Below, piece after piece: positions 59,471-64,000 of a stretch of 64,000 nucleotides of DNA (its first letter is position 1; every line of letters starts with the position of its first letter). The notes under the pieces were generated by a model. That model did not search any database, was not told the origin of the DNA, and was given only the letters and a program-made list of their open reading frames with translations. The stretch comes from an uncultured delta proteobacterium (lineage in GTDB: Bacteria; Desulfobacterota; Syntrophia; Syntrophales; Smithellaceae), in the NCBI GenBank assembly GCA_963726395.1, contig CAVSCG010000013.1, positions 90,562 through 154,561 on the forward strand. The letters run 5' to 3'. Made by a program: the position numbers and the translations under genes.

Positions 59471-60463
59471 ATGGTGGACATGATATTATGCAAGAAACTG
59501 GCAGAAGCCGTTGGGGCAGGAGAATCACCGTTGGTTCCAAAAATTTTTGAAGCTCTTGTCAATGATGATGAGGCCAAGGTCATGCTTTTGGCGTCACCAC
59601 CGGCAACTGCGCAAGAATTAGCGGAAAAGTCCGGATTGTCCGTGGAGGCCATCATGACGATGATGGATTCCTTATTCCACCGCGGGTTGATCTTTAAAGC
59701 CACAAAAGGCGGCGAAAAGAAATTCTACCGCGTCAAATCAATTCCCCAGATGCATGATTCCACCAGCCTGACCCCGGGAATATCCCGGCATGTGCTGGAC
59801 CTCTGGAAAGAGTACATGGAAAAAGAATGGCCGGCTTACGGTCAGATGATTATGGATTTCCTGCCCGGTTCCATCATGCGGGTTGTCCCCGTCAATGAAA
59901 GTATCGAGCCGCAATCGCGTATTCTTGCCTATGATGATGTCGTGAAGATTATCGGGGATGCTAAAACGCTTTCCGTTACAAATTGTTCCTGCCGCGTGAT
60001 TTCCGGCAATTGTAAAAAGCCGCTGGAAGTTTGCATGCAGGTGGATCGCGCCGCCGAATACAACATCGAACGGGGTACAGGCCGGGCATTGTCAAAAAGC
60101 GAGGCCCTTGAAATTCTGAAAAAGTGCCGTGAGGAGGGGCTTGTGCATGTGGTTGATAATCGCCAGACGGTAGGCCATGTCATCTGCAATTGCTGCAAGG
60201 ATTGCTGCCTGAACTGGGCCGTCATGAAAGGGTCGAAAAAGTGGGTATCTCCCAGTCGCTTCGCCGCTGACATTGACAGCAGTCTCTGTACCGGCTGTGA
60301 AGCTTGTGTGGACAGATGTTTTTTCGATGCGCTGTTTTTGAATGGTGATGTGGCAGCTGTTGATACCGAAAAATGCTTAGGTTGCGGCGTCTGTACCGTA
60401 GTCTGCCCCACTGAAGCTCTTAAACTCAAAGAGGTGCGGTCAGCTGACTTTGTCCCTGTTTGA
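59471..60463 (+). CDS. wHTH-like / poly-Cys / 2x[4Fe-4S] ferredoxin-domain protein (paralog 3 of 4)
   Basis: 330 aa with NCSCRVISGNCKKPLEVC, VICNCCKDCC, CTGCEACVDRC and CLGCGVCTVVCP. HTH-like TAQELAEKSGLSVEAIMTMMDSLFHRGLIF. Confidence 0.7.
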   Translation: MVDMILCKKLAEAVGAGESPLVPKIFEALVNDDEAKVMLLASPPATAQELAEKSGLSVEAIMTMMDSLFHRGLIFKATKGGEKKFYRVKSIPQMHDSTSLTPGISRHVLDLWKEYMEKEWPAYGQMIMDFLPGSIMRVVPVNESIEPQSRILAYDDVVKIIGDAKTLSVTNCSCRVISGNCKKPLEVCMQVDRAAEYNIERGTGRALSKSEALEILKKCREEGLVHVVDNRQTVGHVICNCCKDCCLNWAVMKGSKKWVSPSRFAADIDSSLCTGCEACVDRCFFDALFLNGDVAAVDTEKCLGCGVCTVVCPTEALKLKEVRSADFVPV

Positions 60464-60679
60464 GGAAATCAGGTTTTCTTGTTACTTCCTCACGACTCTT
60501 AATCAATGGCAGTGCATAAACCAGCCATCCACTCTTCGTAGGTCACAACGAGTGTGTCGTGATTCTTCCTGAATGAGGGCGTCAGGCAATTTTCAAAGAC
60601 ATGCACTGTTTCAATCCGTAATAAATAATATTCACACTCGACAAAAATCGATTCCACACATTTTGTGACCAATATTTTG

Positions 60680-60708
60680 TTGACATACAAAATCGTTCTT
60701 TATATACT
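60680..60708 (+). promoter_or_regulatory. sigma70-like promoter upstream of the PAS-LuxR regulator
   Basis: TTGACA (60680-60685), 17 nt, TATACT (60703-60708). Confidence 0.5.
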
Positions 60709-60771
60709 CTAAGTATCAATAAATTATTATCAATAATAGAGGTCTTCGTTCTTAAGATTTAAAATTGGTAG

Positions 60772-62584
60772 ATGGAGGGCAACGTGATGAGGAAACCACT
60801 CGGCGAAGAGATGGAGTTTTTCCGGCAATACAATGAAGTCCTTTTCAACCAACTTGAAAAGAAAATACTGGATAAGGAAACAGCCAATCAGCAGTTGCGG
60901 ATATCGGTTGAAGAGTATCGATTGCAATTTGAAAATATATCGGATGTTGTTTTTATGATTGGCACCGATTTCAATATATTAAGCATATCTCCTAGCGTGG
61001 AGAAATTATTGGGGTACAAAGCCGAAGAGTTCATCGGCCAACCTGTTTCCGATTTAAGTCATATCTTGACTCCGCAATCTTTGAAGCAAGCAATCACCAA
61101 TGTAAACATGATGCTCAAAGGGTAAAAATATTCCGGCAACAAATTATGACTTTGTCGCCAAGGATGGAACCTTAAAGCATGCAGAAATTCATGGATCCCC
61201 CTTAATGCGTGATGGACAAGTTGCGGGTACGATTTCTGTTGCCCGCGACATAACCGAGCGCAAACATGCAGAAGAGGCACTGCGGGAGAGCGAAGAGAGA
61301 TATCGGCGCATTGCCGAGAATATGAGCGATATGGTGAGTGATGTAGATGCTGAGGGCCTTTTTAGATACATCAGTCCTTCCCACCAGAGGATACTGGGAT
61401 ATAGACCGGAAGATCTCTTAGGCACGGCTGCATTTGACAAATTTCATCCTGATGACAAGGATCGGGTATCGTCTGTATACATGGAAGGAGTTATTACGAA
61501 AACAGACAGTGAAGCTGAGTACCGGTACCGGCATGCGGATGGACACTATGTCTGGCTCCGTTCATCCGGCCATATCATTCTTGATGGCGCAGGAAAGTAT
61601 CTTGGATCGATAATCAACAGCAGTGACATCACCGAGCGCAAGCGGATGGAGGATGTGCTCAAAGAAAGCGAAAAAAAATACCGGGCTATCTTGGAGAATG
61701 CCAGCGATGCCATACTGCTCGCCGATGAGCGAGGGAATCTGATCGAGGCGAACCGAATGGCTGAGAAACTCTGGGGCTACACAAGGGAAGAACTCTTAGA
61801 GATGAATTACACACAACTGCACCCCATGATGGAACTGGATCGGACAATAGCAGCATTCAAGAAAATCGTAAAGCACGGCAAGGGCAGTCTTCAGAACGGA
61901 GTCATACTCCGCAAGGACGGAACAGCCGCTCCAGTCGATATTACGGCAACAGCCATTGAATATAATGGCGAGAAAGGTATTCAGGCATCATTCAGGGACA
62001 TCTCCGGACATAAACAGATAGAGGATACCCTGGAACATCTGATCCAAGAGCGCACTGACGAGCTTTCCGAAAGCAACAAACAATTGACCGAGGAGATAGC
62101 GGAGCGTAAAGAAGCTGAAGCAGCATTGAGGAAGAAAACAAAGGAACTGCAACTCCATTCACATAAACTTCAGGAACTCAACGCTACCTTAAAAGTGCTC
62201 TTACAGCAACGGGAGGAAGACAAAACAGAACTGGAAGAAAAAGTTCTATCGAATGTCAAGCACCTGCTTTTCCCCCAGCTGGAGGCACTTCGGGAGCAAA
62301 GGCTTGATGCGAAAAGTAAGATGCATCTGGACATTCTCGAAGGGAATCTGAAGAACATTGTCTCATCATTTTCACACAGGCTTTCATCAAAATACACGGA
62401 TCTTACCCCAACGGAGATTAGAGTTGCCAATCTGATCCGGGAAGGGAAAACCACGAAGGAGATCTCAAAATTCCTGGGTTCCTCTGATAGTGCAATCAAT
62501 ATCCACCGGTTTCACATCAGGCGCAAATTAGGCTTAATCCGCAAGAATATCAACCTTCAATCCCACCTTTCTTCAATTTCTTAA
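60772..62584 (+). pseudogene. multi-PAS sensor with C-terminal LuxR/GerE-type HTH, interrupted by one frameshift in the first PAS domain
   Basis: The 60772..61125 fragment ends ...NVNMMLKG*. The frame of 61205..62584 is open from 61121 and reads GKNIPATNYDFVAKDGTLKHAEIHGSPLMRDGQVAG... An extra G in AAAGGGT at 61120-61122 explains the break. Three PAS repeats, a coiled coil, and the HTH TPTEIRVANLIREGKTTKEISKFLGSSDSAINIHRFHIRRKLG. The likely start is ATG 60787, which has GGAGG upstream. Confidence 0.8.
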
Positions 62585-62770
62585 TGCTAATTTTCTATTA
62601 GCAATAGGTTATCAATAATTTAATAATCAAATTTCACCAGCTTTTCTTAACTTGTGGTACAAAGAAAATCAAAAGATCAAGTCGTTGTTATCACGATGTA
62701 AACCCATCAACCTGACCCTTAACTTCTGGAGTCAGCCATGAAAATGATTTGTCAGCCGTTACCTAGATTT

Positions 62771-62813
62771 AGCCTCTAAGGGGTTATTGCTCCCCCTAGA
62801 GGCTTTTGTTTTT
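62771..62813 (+). terminator. rho-independent terminator
   Basis: AGCCTCTAAGGGG-ttattgct-CCCCTAGAGGCT followed by TTTTGTTTTT. Confidence 0.7.
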
Positions 62814-62957
62814 AGTTTCAATAAAGCCAACCCGTAAAGGCAAAGACAAAAAGCGATAGCTCTTACTTACTGAAATGTTCTTTGCTTGCGGACAGCTGAG
62901 TAATTGGCTTATTGCACTTCAACCCTCTGAAAGACCTAATTAAGAGGAGGACAATCT

Positions 62958-63254
62958 ATGGGGAAATATCTATTGCTTTGGGAAATTGACCCGACAAAAA
63001 TACCTGTGGACCTAAAAGAGCGTGGGGGTGAATTTGGTGCGCTGATGAAGGTGATTAAGCAAGATATGAAAGCAGGCATCCTCAGGGATTGGGGACTATT
63101 TGTTGGCGAACATAACGGGTATTCAGTCGTTGAGGGGACTGAGGTAGAAGTTATCAAAGCAACCCAACGATACACTCCATTTGTCTGTTTCGCGGCTCAT
63201 CCCATTGCTTCAGTAAATCACACAGGGGAAATGATAAAAGCCCTGACCAAGTGA
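62958..63254 (+). CDS. hypothetical small soluble protein
   Basis: 98-aa ORF with a strong RBS (AAGAGGAGG). No motif recognised. Confidence 0.5.
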   Translation: MGKYLLLWEIDPTKIPVDLKERGGEFGALMKVIKQDMKAGILRDWGLFVGEHNGYSVVEGTEVEVIKATQRYTPFVCFAAHPIASVNHTGEMIKALTK

Positions 63255-63359
63255 TTATGTAAATTCAACCGATACTGTAAAAGGGTGATGCGAAAAAATG
63301 ATGGATCAAAGCAAAGAGTCTGCAACCTAACCCTCAACCTGATGCAAAGGAAGGCATCC

Positions 63360-63806
63360 ATGAAAAGCATTCTAGACAAAACCATTAAACCTTTTTTGAT
63401 CATTGCCGGACTTTGCACTGCTCTATCCGGAATGACCGCATTTTTTCCGCAATTTACAGTAGAGAATATTCTGAAACTACCCTTTGTCGAAAATTATACA
63501 ATCATCGTCCAGCATTGGGGGATGATGATCTTATTGGTAGGCATCTTCATGATCATATCCGCATTCAGAGTTAAGTGGCGCATGCCTGTCCTGATTTACA
63601 GCGCCATCGAAAAGACTTTTCTGATATTCCTTTATCTCTTAAATATCAGTTATCCCTTCTCTACCGGTTTCTATGTGGCTGCCGTCGTGGATGCAATTAT
63701 CGTCATATACTTGCTATTATATTTCTGGTTGGCAGAATCAGAATTGGCTTGGACTTTTTTATTCCAAACTTCAAATCGTAATAATCAACTCGATCTCTTC
63801 CCGTAA
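63360..63806 (+). CDS. hypothetical membrane protein (4 TM)
   Basis: Start at MKSILDKT, preceded by AAGGAAGG. Four hydrophobic helices. The ORF track extends upstream to 63285. Confidence 0.5.
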   Translation: MKSILDKTIKPFLIIAGLCTALSGMTAFFPQFTVENILKLPFVENYTIIVQHWGMMILLVGIFMIISAFRVKWRMPVLIYSAIEKTFLIFLYLLNISYPFSTGFYVAAVVDAIIVIYLLLYFWLAESELAWTFLFQTSNRNNQLDLFP

Positions 63807-63943
63807 ATTGCGGACTTGTAGGTAAAACAAACACTATTTCCTGTGATGCTGTTTTTGCGATATTCTTTCGGAATGCAATGTAGGTGTTTTCAGTAAACTG
63901 CATTAGTAGCGTAAACATAAAGATAGGGAAAAAGGAGGATCGT

Positions 63944-64000
63944 ATGATTAATCAAGACGACGTATATTGTAAATTACGTGAAGAAGTTAACAAGATGCCG
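63944..64000 (+). CDS. 5' end of a fourth wHTH/poly-Cys/ferredoxin-family paralog (partial, runs off the window)
   Basis: AAAGGAGGA RBS followed by MINQDDVYCKLREEVNKMP. This resembles the N-terminus of paralog 2 (DDSIYRQLQIQLDRYPIGYP). Only 19 codons are visible. Confidence 0.4.
   Translation, partial: MINQDDVYCKLREEVNKMP

Noticed and set aside
60499-60690. 63-aa minus-strand ORF between paralog 3 and the PAS-LuxR gene
   Set aside because: It has no RBS, lies in an AT-rich intergenic region, and overlaps the strong plus-strand promoter at 60680-60708. No motif is present.
1-64000. Mobile elements, prophage, defence islands (restriction-modification, toxin-antitoxin, CBASS, retron or similar)
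   Set aside because: I recognised no integrase, transposase, recombinase, reverse transcriptase, nuclease-helicase pairs or terminal inverted repeats. The AAA/DUF4143 ATPase stands alone without partner genes.

Overview
Gene-dense, moderate-GC chromosomal segment. The gene content points to an anaerobic, Desulfobacterales-like deltaproteobacterium: many Fe-S and Mo enzymes, acyl-CoA metabolism, and perfect TTGACA-N17-TATACT promoters. That attribution is inference from the sequence, not a database hit. I saw no transposases, integrases, phage genes, CRISPR arrays, rRNA or tRNA.

Layout:
- 1-8.3 kb: a type-II FAS / aryl-polyene-like lipid cluster on the minus strand (acyltransferase, KAS, ACP, CrtI-like oxidoreductase, lipoprotein, LolA-like, FabG, dehydratase), with a divergent adenylating enzyme.
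- 8.5-18.6 kb: amidase, two acyl-CoA ligases, MerR, MeaB, methylmalonyl-CoA epimerase, MBL hydrolase, thiolase.
- 18.7-22 kb: small Rho_N-like protein, VOC protein, class-III aminotransferase, membrane protein.
- 22.3-24.8 kb: TAT-signal DUF362 protein plus a membrane polyferredoxin.
- 24.8-27.2 kb: HDAC-like, NRDE and Sir2 trio.
- 27.4-35.8 kb: one operon encoding all seven shikimate-pathway steps plus PheA and TyrA.
- 36.1-42.2 kb: FixH-like protein with CusC, CusB and CusA.
- 42.5-45.4 kb: thiE, thiM, an MBL-gene remnant and an AAA ATPase.
- 45.7-52.9 kb: PfkB kinase, then MarR, a molybdopterin oxidoreductase, an Fe-S protein, a flavodoxin-like protein, a crotonase, a small protein and an NTF2-like protein.
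- 53-64 kb: acyl-CoA synthetase, Kup, HypA, a PAS-LuxR regulator, small proteins and three further copies of the Fe-S protein.

Most notable observations:
- An unannotated 31-codon leader ORF containing FGFWFYYYY, followed by mutually exclusive terminator and antiterminator hairpins, sits upstream of the aromatic amino-acid operon.
- A c-di-AMP (ydaO-type) riboswitch-like element sits upstream of kup.
- Four paralogs of a wHTH / poly-Cys / 2x[4Fe-4S] protein occur in the window, one embedded in the MarR-headed Mo-oxidoreductase cluster.
- Single-nucleotide frameshifts are unusually frequent in otherwise well-conserved genes. They are extreme in cusA (at least 13 in 3.2 kb), and the aminotransferase carries one compensated pair.
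- A heptad-periodic inverted repeat lies between the Sir2 and NRDE genes.
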